32,000 nucleotides of DNA, taken from Candidatus Nitrosopumilus koreensis AR1 (GTDB lineage: Archaea; Thermoproteota; Nitrososphaeria; Nitrososphaerales; Nitrosopumilaceae). Of this stretch, positions 19,052 to 28,100 are shown piece after piece. The first letter of the stretch is position 1, and each line of letters opens with the position of its first letter. A program made the position numbers and the translations under genes. Below the pieces are notes generated by a model, which was not told the origin of the DNA, did not search any database, and saw only the letters and a list, made by a program, of their open reading frames with translations. The stretch covers positions 300,001 to 332,000 of the forward strand of contig NC_018655.1 in NCBI RefSeq assembly GCF_000299365.1, read 5' to 3'.

Positions 19052-20029
19052 GTGACAAAAATTATGGAATTTCGTACCGTAGAGCCATCTTACACCTCAA
19101 AGGATGGATGCAGACTGGTTTGGCAGGGAATAGATGAGGATGACATTGATGTTGTAATATTAAACAAAGATGAACTAGACAGATTTGTTGAGATACTAAA
19201 ACAAAACAAGACAGGCGAGGTTGAACTAGAAGATCAAACTAGCTTTATCAGGATAAATTCTGATGTGACTCAGTTTAGCCTAACCAATCATAGGTTGCTT
19301 GAAGCAAACACTTCTGATATTCAAGAACAGGTATTGGAATTTGCCAAGGTTCCACATGAACCGCAATATGTTTACGTTGGAACCAAAGAATTCTACCCTT
19401 CTGTATGGATCCGAGATGATACAAAACAACAAGAAGGTATTCCTAAAAAAACAAATCAATCTTTGATTCAGGCCATTTTGTCATCAGAGCCTGAAAAGAT
19501 TAGACAAGATCTTTCTCCAACTGACTTGTTTAGGGTTTTTGCAACTAGACGCTCTACTAGAAAATTTTCTAAAACAAAAGTTGAGGACTGGAAGATTGAC
19601 AAGATTTTATCTGCAGCTGATGTTGCGCCCACAGCTGGAAACTTTCAAGGATTTCAGGTGTTTCTTATAAAAAACAAAGATGCAAAAGAAGCACTAGTAG
19701 AGGCTGCAAACAAACAGCCATACGTAAATGCTCCTGTTGTCTTGGTTTTTTGTACGGATCCTTCCCGAGTGAACCTCAAGTTTCCTCCCGATATTTTAGA
19801 AAAGTTCTCATTGCAGGATGCAACTATTGCGGCAGCGTTTTCATTACTTGCAGCATCTGGAGTTGGCCTGAGTACGATTTGGATAGGAATGTTTGATGAA
19901 GAAAAAGTAAAGAAAATTCTTGGAACTGATCTTAGACCGTCATCTATTTTGTGTATTGGGTATCCTGACAAGAAAAAACCTCCAAAGTCGAGAAGAAAAC
20001 TCAAGGAACTAATCAAAGTAATAGAATGA
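19052..20029 (+). CDS. Nitroreductase family protein with ~160-aa N-terminal extension
   Basis: ATRRSTRKFSKTKVEDWKIDKILSAADVAPTAGNFQGFQVFLI...FSLLAASGVGLSTIWIGMFDEEKVKKIL...LCIGYPDKK. Start may be the ATG at 19064. Confidence 0.88.
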   Translation: MTKIMEFRTVEPSYTSKDGCRLVWQGIDEDDIDVVILNKDELDRFVEILKQNKTGEVELEDQTSFIRINSDVTQFSLTNHRLLEANTSDIQEQVLEFAKVPHEPQYVYVGTKEFYPSVWIRDDTKQQEGIPKKTNQSLIQAILSSEPEKIRQDLSPTDLFRVFATRRSTRKFSKTKVEDWKIDKILSAADVAPTAGNFQGFQVFLIKNKDAKEALVEAANKQPYVNAPVVLVFCTDPSRVNLKFPPDILEKFSLQDATIAAAFSLLAASGVGLSTIWIGMFDEEKVKKILGTDLRPSSILCIGYPDKKKPPKSRRKLKELIKVIE

Positions 20030-20065
20030 TCTGGAATCATTTTTATCTCATATTGAGGACTGGTC

Positions 20066-20869
20066 TTGATGACAGATCTTATTGACGAGGCAGCAGATTA
20101 TGTCTTAGAGCTTGCAAGCTCTCAGAGATTAAACATATTGATTGCTCTGCTAAACAAGGATCTGACTCCTACTGCGTTTGCAAAAGAGATTGATGCTACA
20201 AAACAAGAGGTTCATAGAAATTTTTCACGTCTAGAAAAATCAGGCTTGGTCAAAAAGAAAGTCAGTGGAAAATACACTCTTACCACATTTGGGCAAACAA
20301 TATGTACACAGGTTCCATCACTTGTCTTTTTGTCTCAGAATCGAAAATATTTTGAAGAACACACTTTTGGTGATGTTCCACACAAGTTCCAGATGCGATG
20401 CGGTCAACTTGCAAATTCCCAATATGTCAAAGGAGTGTCCAAAGTCTTAGAACAATGGAAACAAATCTACAAGAATTCTGATAAATTCATCTATGAAATT
20501 TTATCTGAGGTTCCATTAGACTTGATTGAACCCCTTGTAAAAAGAGTCAAAAAAGGAGTGAAATTCAACTACATATTCTCCGAATCTGCAGTTGTGCCGA
20601 AAGGCAGAAAGGCATTACTCAAAAAATTGGGATTTGACAAGCTAATTGAAAAGGGGCTTATTGAACGAAAAATGGAAAAAAATGTTCAGACAGTTGTGGT
20701 GTTAAATGAAAAGGAGGCATGTCTGATGTTTCCTACATTGGATGGAGAGTCTGATATCAGTGAGATGTTTTACTCTGATGATCCTATGTTTCATGAATGG
20801 TGTCTTGATTATTTCAGGTATTGTTGGTATGGCTCTGATGTGTTCAAAGAAAGTAAACTAAAAGAATAA
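20066..20869 (+). CDS. Winged-HTH transcriptional regulator with DUF1724-like C-terminal region
   Basis: SSQRLNILIALLNKDLTPTAFAKEIDATKQEVHRNFSRLEKSGLVKKKVSGKYTLTTFG; C-terminal ...LVKRVKKGVKFNYIFSESAVVPKG resembles archaeal two-domain regulators. Confidence 0.85.
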   Translation: MMTDLIDEAADYVLELASSQRLNILIALLNKDLTPTAFAKEIDATKQEVHRNFSRLEKSGLVKKKVSGKYTLTTFGQTICTQVPSLVFLSQNRKYFEEHTFGDVPHKFQMRCGQLANSQYVKGVSKVLEQWKQIYKNSDKFIYEILSEVPLDLIEPLVKRVKKGVKFNYIFSESAVVPKGRKALLKKLGFDKLIEKGLIERKMEKNVQTVVVLNEKEACLMFPTLDGESDISEMFYSDDPMFHEWCLDYFRYCWYGSDVFKESKLKE

Positions 20870-20909
20870 TGCTGTAATCTTTTTATTTTATCAATAACTG
20901 CCAATTTTT

Positions 20910-21278
20910 ATGGCTGATGATCCTGAACCAACTTCAATCAAACATGAGATTTTAGATAAAATTGCGGCACTTGTTGCAGCAGCTTTTGGTTTGGTTGCAG
21001 CATTAGCCTGGAATGATGCAATCAAAGCATTGTTTCGTGAATACTTTGGACCAGCAGATCAGGTAGGGCCTATGATAGTTTATGCAATTATTGTAACAAT
21101 GATTGCAGTTGCTCTGACAATATTTGTTGCAAGAGCTGCTTCTCAAGCAAAAACTATGTTGGGAAAACGAGATTACAAGTGTGCATTGTGCAAGTTCAAA
21201 ACCTATGATGAGTCAGAATTTTTGGAACATTTATCCAAAGAACACTCTGCAAATGGTGGCAAATTTATCTCAAAATAA
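20910..21278 (+). CDS. DUF5654-like two-TM protein with C-terminal C2H2-type zinc finger
   Basis: KIAALVAAAFGLVAALAWNDAIKALFREYFG...MIVYAIIVTMIAVALTIFVA, then YKCALCKFKTYDESEFLEHLSKEHS. Confidence 0.82.
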   Translation: MADDPEPTSIKHEILDKIAALVAAAFGLVAALAWNDAIKALFREYFGPADQVGPMIVYAIIVTMIAVALTIFVARAASQAKTMLGKRDYKCALCKFKTYDESEFLEHLSKEHSANGGKFISK

Positions 21279-21317
21279 TTTACGCTATCTTTATCTATTT
21301 TAAAAGAGATTTAATTT

Positions 21318-21569
21318 ATGCAAGCATATATTCTGATCAACTGTCAAACAGGAAGCGAAACTAGATTAATTTCAGAATTAATGGAATTACCTGAAGTAAT
21401 TGAAGTCAATGGAGTTTGGGGAAAATACGATGTTCTTCTAAAAATTTCTACTAATGATCCTAACGGGGCTGAACAAATTGTCAAGCAACTACGTAATCAT
21501 CCTGATGTTGTGGATACCTATACAATGCACGTGTTATATGGACAAGGTGGAACAATAGATCATGAATGA
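21318..21569 (+). CDS. Stand-alone Lrp/AsnC ligand-binding (RAM) domain protein
   Basis: MQAYILINCQTGSETRLISELMELPEVIEVNGVWGKYDVLLKISTNDPNGAEQIVKQLRNHPDVVDTYTMHVL; no HTH. Confidence 0.88.
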   Translation: MQAYILINCQTGSETRLISELMELPEVIEVNGVWGKYDVLLKISTNDPNGAEQIVKQLRNHPDVVDTYTMHVLYGQGGTIDHE

Positions 21570-21777
21570 AGATGATGTTCAGGAGATAGTTGATTTTGTC
21601 AATTTTAGGTATGCAGATGAAGTGCCTGGACCTGTAAAGTTTGTAGTAAAAAGAAAGGCCAAGAAAATTGAGAAACTAGATCCAAATGACTTTCCAGAAT
21701 CTCTTCGGAAATGCACCATTGAAGAGTTTATCATGATTCTCAAAGATGCATATTCCAAAAAGCAACTGCAGTTTTAA
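21562..21777 (+). CDS. Conserved hypothetical protein, 71 aa
   Basis: MNEDDVQEIVDFVNFRYADEVPGPVKFVVKRKAKKIEKLDPNDFPESLRKCTIEEFIMILKDAYSKKQLQF; 8-nt overlap with the upstream gene suggests translational coupling. Confidence 0.7.
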   Translation: MNEDDVQEIVDFVNFRYADEVPGPVKFVVKRKAKKIEKLDPNDFPESLRKCTIEEFIMILKDAYSKKQLQF

Positions 21778-21809
21778 AAAATATGCAGTTTGGAAGTTAA
21801 CCAATAAAA

Positions 21810-22127
21810 TTACTCTTCATAGGAATCATCCTCAAAGAGTTTCTTCCTCCTTTTACCCAACTTTGCACCTCCACTTAGCATTATCCAAGTAAGAATGAGA
21901 TGACTTCGTTCTAAATCAACCCACTTAGCCTGATTCCATAGTAGATGATTTCTTGCAGTATCCATTGCCTTTCTATGGTTTTGTTTCCTCTTACAACCAT
22001 CTGCTTGTCCTCACTTGAAGCTCTCTAAAAGATCATCATCAAACCGCAAGGCAAGTCTCTTTTTCCTAAAACGACTCGGAACTGAATCAAGAATATGACT
22101 AAACAAAAAGTCTCTAGATGCATTCAT
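21810..22127 (-). pseudogene. Possible interrupted gene: single reading frame of 105 codons with one in-frame TGA at 22011-22013
   Basis: Minus strand from ATG at 22127: MNASRDFLFSHILDSVPSRFRKKRLALRFDDDLLESFK(TGA)GQADGCKRKQNHRKAMDTARNHLLWNQAKWVDLERSHLILTWIMLSGGAKLGKRRKKLFEDDSYEE(TAA). Both halves have protein-like composition. Confidence 0.4.
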
Positions 22128-22132
22128 TATCA

Positions 22133-22318
22133 TCATTCATCCTCAAATGTAAATGTCAACCCTCTCAAGTCTTCCCAAGTACAATCCCGAATTGATCCAA
22201 GTAAGCTGCTGTTTACTGAAAGTTTTTTGCTTTCTTTTACTGGCATGCTTTCAACCAGAATTTTTTGTGGCTCGAGTTGCCTTGTCTCATTTTGAGACCA
22301 TGCTAGAGTAGTGCTCAT
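22133..22318 (-). CDS. Short ORF, 61 aa, uncharacterised; may belong to the same decayed gene as 21810-22127
   Basis: MSTTLAWSQNETRQLEPQKILVESMPVKESKKLSVNSSLLGSIRDCTWEDLRGLTFTFEDE; ends 5 nt before the next minus-strand ATG, in a different frame. Confidence 0.35.
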   Translation of the reverse strand: MSTTLAWSQNETRQLEPQKILVESMPVKESKKLSVNSSLLGSIRDCTWEDLRGLTFTFEDE

Positions 22319-22459
22319 GAAATATGAAACTCTAATTTTGGTATTAAGACTGGAGATTTTTGTCTAGATTCTATTCCAATTAAACCAGTTATTCTAAGCG
22401 TAAAACCAGTCATCTAGTTGTCATGACAGGCATAAATAGTCAAGTTGTTCTGTATCTGT

Positions 22460-23767
22460 ATGGGGCTATCTCAATCAAATCTTAATGGCCTTCGAGTATT
22501 TTCCCCATCCTCATTGCTTGATGATACAATAGGTTTCTTTGAGTTTCTGCGATACGAAACAAAATCACTGAGAGATGAAAACGTTATTCTCAAAGATGAT
22601 TTTTTAGAAATTATCCCAAAAAGCACTAAAATAAAACAAGCATCAAAACTCAAAAAATCTGAAATCACAAAAAAGTTTGAGGATTTCTCAAAGAATTTGG
22701 ATAGAACTTTGTTTGTAAAAAATACCAAAGACGAGATTACTGACATAAAGTGGACAAGAATAGACGACTTTTGTAAACTGCTTCGACTAATTGAGAGAAG
22801 TGATGAACGAAAGATACGTTGGGCACTGTATCAAATTTTTACATCTGGTAAAACAAAAATCTCAAAACAAAACATAAATGAATTATTACAAGATTTCAAG
22901 ATAAAAAATTTGGATAAAATACTAGCAAAAATAATCAAAACAGAGACGTTATCTGGATTAGATGCAACATATGATGGAAAAAATTTCATCATCAATCATA
23001 ATTCTAATGATAAACTGGTTTCGCATTATTTAGTTGATGCCGTAGAAGAATCATCAAGACGCTCTCCTGGTGAATTAGAAGAAGAGATATTGGATTTGAT
23101 TGACGAGGGCTCTTACTCTAACCAAGAAATCTCCCAATCATTATTACTTGATGAAGGACTTGTATCACGAACAATTAGCAAACTTCGAGATCAAGATAAA
23201 ATAATTCTCTCAAGCTTTGGCCAACGTGGAGCTCGATATTTTACAACAAATTGCGATAATTGTCCTTTTGGAACAACAAAGGCCTCTTGTAGAAAAGAAG
23301 CTATATCCTATATTGCATCTGCATTTGCACAAGATTTTGACTTGGATCTTTCTGCAAATGATTTTGAATCTGTAGAAACAAATCAGGCTCTTTTGAAAAT
23401 TAAACGAATTGTCATGATGGCAAGAAAAGAAAAAAACACTAAACTTGAGCGTAATTTGGGTGAAAATCTAGACAATCTGCTCTCCAAAGTGGTTGATAAA
23501 TTCACTGAAATTGAAACTCCTGACAAAAAATCTCTGAGTGTACCTGACATCAAAATTGAAATCACTCAAAACATATCCAAACTGCCAATGTTGTACCAGT
23601 TGGGTCTCAAAAAGGGTGCTAGAGGAGGAATCCATCTAATGGATGAGATGCTTCACTTGGCATCAAAATCTATCAAAAAAGAGGACAGACTAAAAATCAA
23701 AAAACATGCACTAGGCGAGACAAACAAATTCCTAAAAAATATAGGTCTTGATAAAAAGGATTCCTAG
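22460..23767 (+). CDS. Uncharacterised protein (~435 aa) with an internal winged-HTH and a Cys motif
   Basis: Track start 22445 is TTG; the first ATG is 22460. HTH-like LEEEILDLIDEGSYSNQEISQSLLLDEGLVSRTISKLRDQDKIILSSFGQRGARYF followed by CDNCPFGTTKASC. Confidence 0.8.
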   Translation: MGLSQSNLNGLRVFSPSSLLDDTIGFFEFLRYETKSLRDENVILKDDFLEIIPKSTKIKQASKLKKSEITKKFEDFSKNLDRTLFVKNTKDEITDIKWTRIDDFCKLLRLIERSDERKIRWALYQIFTSGKTKISKQNINELLQDFKIKNLDKILAKIIKTETLSGLDATYDGKNFIINHNSNDKLVSHYLVDAVEESSRRSPGELEEEILDLIDEGSYSNQEISQSLLLDEGLVSRTISKLRDQDKIILSSFGQRGARYFTTNCDNCPFGTTKASCRKEAISYIASAFAQDFDLDLSANDFESVETNQALLKIKRIVMMARKEKNTKLERNLGENLDNLLSKVVDKFTEIETPDKKSLSVPDIKIEITQNISKLPMLYQLGLKKGARGGIHLMDEMLHLASKSIKKEDRLKIKKHALGETNKFLKNIGLDKKDS

Positions 23768-23808
23768 CTAGTTTATTAGAAACAACTCTAAAAATAATTA
23801 ATTCAAAA

Positions 23809-24837
23809 ATGAATTCATCTCTTCTGGTTTTGATTGTTCTGATGTTTTCTCTTAGTCTACTTTTCTTACCTGCATCTGCTGCAACAATTTCAGTTGATAA
23901 ACAAAAATATCTTTTAGGTGATACCATGAAAGTCTCCGGTAGTTTGCCATATGCTGAAGGTCACTTTGTTGGGTTGCAAATTCTCAATCCATCAAAATCT
24001 GATCTTGTTATGATTGATCAGTTCTTGCCAAACAGTGATGGCTCTTTTTCAAAATCTTACAAAACTCAAGGAACAAAATGGAATATATCTGGAGTCTACA
24101 CAATAAAGATTGTCTACAACGAACAAGTATATGAAAAGACATTCCAGTTTGAAAAAACATCTGCAACTGAATCTGCAAACACCACGCCAAACACAAGTAC
24201 TGCTCCAAAATCTACCACTGAAACACAAACTACTCCAAAGACTACAAAATCAAGTGAACCAATTACAACTGATCCGAAATTTTGGGTAAAAGGCTTTCCT
24301 GATCCAAACAAATCACCAAACTATTATCTTGACAGATATGCAAACGAACCAGAATACAAGAACTGGTTCAAAAATACATTCCCAGGGCGTTCATTGTCTG
24401 AAATAGTCAGTTACCCTACTTCACATATTGAAGGATTTCCAAATAATGATAAATCTCCTTGGCATTATGTAAATAGATACAACAATGAAGAATCTTATCG
24501 AGATTGGTTTGACTCTCAATTTCCAACACAATCAATCTATGATGTGCTGGATTATCCAGAATCTCTCTTTCAAAAGGTTCCTAACTGGGTAAAAAATAAC
24601 GCAAAATGGTGGTCATCAGGTTTGATTCCTGATGAAGATTTTCTTGCAGGCATTGCATATTTGGTAGATGAAAAGATTTTACTTGTAACAGTAACAGAAT
24701 CTGAATCTGTAAAAACACAAAAAGTCCCTTCCTGGATAAAAAACACGTCTCAGTGGTGGGCAGACGGACAGATTGGTGAAAACGAATTTTTAAAGGGAAT
24801 AGAATTTCTAATTGCAAATGGAATAATCCGTATATGA
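23809..24837 (+). CDS. Secreted surface protein with two types of internal repeat
   Basis: Signal peptide LLVLIVLMFSLSLLFLPASAA; beta domain; Thr/Ser-rich linker; two GFPxxxKSPxxYxxRYxNExxYxxWF repeats; two C-terminal VPxWxKNxxxWWxxGxIxxxxFLxGIxxL repeats. Confidence 0.85.
   Translation: MNSSLLVLIVLMFSLSLLFLPASAATISVDKQKYLLGDTMKVSGSLPYAEGHFVGLQILNPSKSDLVMIDQFLPNSDGSFSKSYKTQGTKWNISGVYTIKIVYNEQVYEKTFQFEKTSATESANTTPNTSTAPKSTTETQTTPKTTKSSEPITTDPKFWVKGFPDPNKSPNYYLDRYANEPEYKNWFKNTFPGRSLSEIVSYPTSHIEGFPNNDKSPWHYVNRYNNEESYRDWFDSQFPTQSIYDVLDYPESLFQKVPNWVKNNAKWWSSGLIPDEDFLAGIAYLVDEKILLVTVTESESVKTQKVPSWIKNTSQWWADGQIGENEFLKGIEFLIANGIIRI
24292..24558 (+). repeat. Two tandem 42-aa protein repeats, offset 141 bp
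   Basis: GFPDPNKSPNYYLDRYANEPEYKNWFKNTFPGRSLSEIVSYP (24292-24417) vs GFPNNDKSPWHYVNRYNNEESYRDWFDSQFPTQSIYDVLDYP (24433-24558). Confidence 0.85.
24577..24834 (+). repeat. Two 37-aa protein repeats
   Basis: VPNWVKNNAKWWSSGLIPDEDFLAGIAYLVDEKILLV (24577-24687) vs VPSWIKNTSQWWADGQIGENEFLKGIEFLIANGIIRI (24724-24834). Confidence 0.9.
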
Positions 24838-24951
24838 TTGACTTTATTCAGAATAAAGTCAACTGGTTTATCTAAAATCAATTTCACACAATTTTCAGGC
24901 CGTTAAATAACAACTTTTCAGTTTATCCTTTCATGAAGCAATTCATGTTAC

Positions 24952-25095
24952 ATGTCAAAAGCCAACCAACAACCAAGGTTGGAAGTGATGCCAAAAACGC
25001 TCTTCCCACCAGTACATGTAACTATGCAGATGTGTTGGGATTGTCTTGGATATTCAGAGAAAATTATGCTTAATCAACTAGGAGAAGATGAGTAG
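24952..25095 (+). CDS. Small ORF, 47 aa, immediately upstream of the S-layer candidate
   Basis: MSKANQQPRLEVMPKTLFPPVHVTMQMCWDCLGYSEKIMLNQLGEDE; ATG 24952, TAG 25093-25095; 64 nt from the likely S-layer ATG. Confidence 0.45.
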   Translation: MSKANQQPRLEVMPKTLFPPVHVTMQMCWDCLGYSEKIMLNQLGEDE

Positions 25096-25159
25096 AAAAT
25101 AATGAAAACTAACACAATAGTACCTAATGTTTTCATACTATGCCAGATATTATAATAAA

Positions 25160-28100
25160 ATGATTCAAAAACGAGCTCTTTCATCCATTATACTATCTAT
25201 TCTTATTCTTACTGGCAGTATGTCTTTAGGAAGTTTTTCTGATGTTGATGCACAAACACAAAATCTGTATGTCTCAGCTGATAACCCTCAATCAAATAAT
25301 AGAATCTCTGGACCACAAGTAATTGAAGTTGTAGTTCGTGATGAAAATATCCGTGACACTGGCAAGGGACTGGGTGAACCTGATGTTACAGTAAATGGAA
25401 AAGATCTTAGAATGATTCAGGCAACTGATGGAAATTGGTATGGATACTTTGCTGATAGAAAACAAGCCCAGATTGCAGATAGTACTGTTGGTCTGACTGG
25501 TAAAGGGCTTGACTTTGGTACATTTTGTGCAAGAAATACATCTGTTCTAGGTTTTTCAGTTTCTGAGACTGACGGAATTGCAATTCCAATAAGTGGCACT
25601 GGAGTTGGTGGTGAAAACGGTTCCAAAACCCCTAGCCAAATATCCCAAGACTGTTCTTTTAGCTCCCCTTACTCAAAATCGAATAATGTTGTAAGACAGG
25701 CAAAGACCATTACTGCTGCAACTACAAATGTAAATCTTGGACAGATTGGTATTGTGTCAAAAGATCTTTGGCCATTTATCCAACTATATGATTTAAACAA
25801 AGGTGGAAATGTTCTAGTCCAGTATAACAGAGGTGGGGGAGCACAACAAACAACTCTCACATTTGATAATGCAGACAAACTGGTCAAACACGAACTAGAC
25901 AGAAGCTCTTACCCACGTTCATCTGATGTAAATCTCAAAATTACTGATCTGAGTTTGAACATTGATCCTACAAGTATTGATTCTTGGTCATTTGGAACAT
26001 CTACAAACCCTTCAACATACTACTATCTCTTTGATTCTTCAGGAAAATCTCATTCTGATGGAACAACTGGTGCAGTCAATCTTGCACCTACTTTAAGTTC
26101 AATGATGTTCAAAGATAACGGTATCCTAAAGATCAATCCAAATCTGCAAGGACAAACAGCAGTACTTACAATAAAAGACAATGACCGTTCCCAAACAAAT
26201 GGTGATGGTGAAACAAGTATCTCACAAATTTCAACTGATGCAGGTTCCATCACAACTGGTAATCAACCTATAACAATTTCTGAGACATCTCCAAATAGCG
26301 GTATTTTTACAACTTATGATGCCAATAGTAATTCTGTACTAGTTACAACTCAAAATGCACCAAGGGGAACATCAGCATCAATAGAATATAACAAAAAACC
26401 AACCACTCTTTTAGTCTCATTTGGAAAGGGTACATTATCTCTTGATGAAACACTAAAGGGAACCGAGTGGAACTCTGGCGAAGAGATGCCAGTAATTCTG
26501 GTTGACTCTGATGCCAACAAAAATAACTTGAAAAAAGAAGACCTTGATCTTTTCAATCCCTCTTACAAGGCAATTCCATCCCTTAGTACTGGAAATCCAT
26601 TTACACTTGGAGAGAGTGGAACTGAAACAAACAGCAAGATTACTGCATCCTTTCTAAATGGGTATACTCTGACCCCTACAACTTCAGAAAAATTCACTCT
26701 GTCTGGTACTACACTAGGCACAAAAACCGCCACAACTGTTGAAAAATTCAGCGATAGAGCAAGAATTGACCCTACCACTAATTCTGACTCAGATGCCTTG
26801 ATTATTGATCTAAAAACAGATCTAAACAAACTCTATTCGTCAATAAACAATCCATTTGATACGACAAAAAAATTCAAGGGTCTTAACATGTTTAACTTTG
26901 ATATTCGTTCTCTTAATGATACCATCAACAGCGTTGATATTTATCTTCTAGTTGGCTCATCAATTCTGGATTCATCAGGAAATCCTGCATCTAACATTGC
27001 TGCAATTAAAATTGCAACTGATACATCGCTACAAAACCTAATCAATCTAAATTCTACACAACAGGTAACCAATCCTCAAACACTTCACAACAATTTGTTT
27101 TCAAGCTCTTTTACAGGAACTGAACAAATCGGATTGATGTTTTCATATTCAAAAATCTCCAACATGGGAACAGAAACAAGACCAATTGTAGCTGACTTTT
27201 TCTCATATGGATTAATCAAAGATGGACAAACAAAAAGTGAAAGAATTGCAAACCAAATAGTTCGTTTAGAGGCAGAAGAACTTGCAAACAGTTCTGGAAA
27301 GTTTAGAGGAAGTCTAGAGTATATCATGCTAAACCAACTAAACATTTTTGATTCAGATACATATGAAAAAATAATTCCAATTGATGATGAACCTGTCTTT
27401 CTTATGGTAGATGAACTAAAGGGAAACGATGCAGTAAGAATCAGCTACAATGATCTTAATTCAGATGGTGTGTTTACTGCCATATCTGACCAACAAGATA
27501 TTCTTGCCCATATGGGAATTGTGGTGCTTTCAGTTACGACATTCAAACCAGGTGATACTGTGGGAGTGACTTTGACTGACAAGGATCTTAACGTGGACTC
27601 TGACTTGGTGGATATCTATACTGTGGTTGATCCTTCAAAATACCCAAATGATCCTGCTGCTGACACAGTAGGAAGCCCCAACTTGGGATCATCCAGTACC
27701 GGTCAACCATATGGTAGGTTGTTAGAAATTACATTTGATGACGAAGCATGGCTAAAGTCCTCCATTTCACGCAATGGCAAGTCATGTTCCTCCATATCTG
27801 GAAGTGATGGTCTTGCTTCAACTGGATTTACACTAGTTGAAACTGGAAGAAAGACTGGTGAATTTAGAGGAGACTTCAAAATCCCATCACAATATTGTTC
27901 AAGAAGTGATGGTGGCATTGTAAAATCTACTTCTGGTATTGATATTGGTGCCAAATATTATGACTTTAGAGGCCAATCAAGTCAAGCTGCAATAACTAGT
28001 GCAAGTGCAGCAGTTGGTGCAACAAGTGGTGTTGTAAAACTAGACAGAACAAATTATCCTGTCCCAATAGGTTCTGTCTCTGACTTTTTTGATACGGGCA

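Noticed and set aside
22095-22295. Plus-strand 66-aa ORF opposite the 22133-22318 minus ORF
   Set aside because: Composition (HHSSSNVNVN) is not protein-like; the minus-strand reading looks better, though neither is certain.
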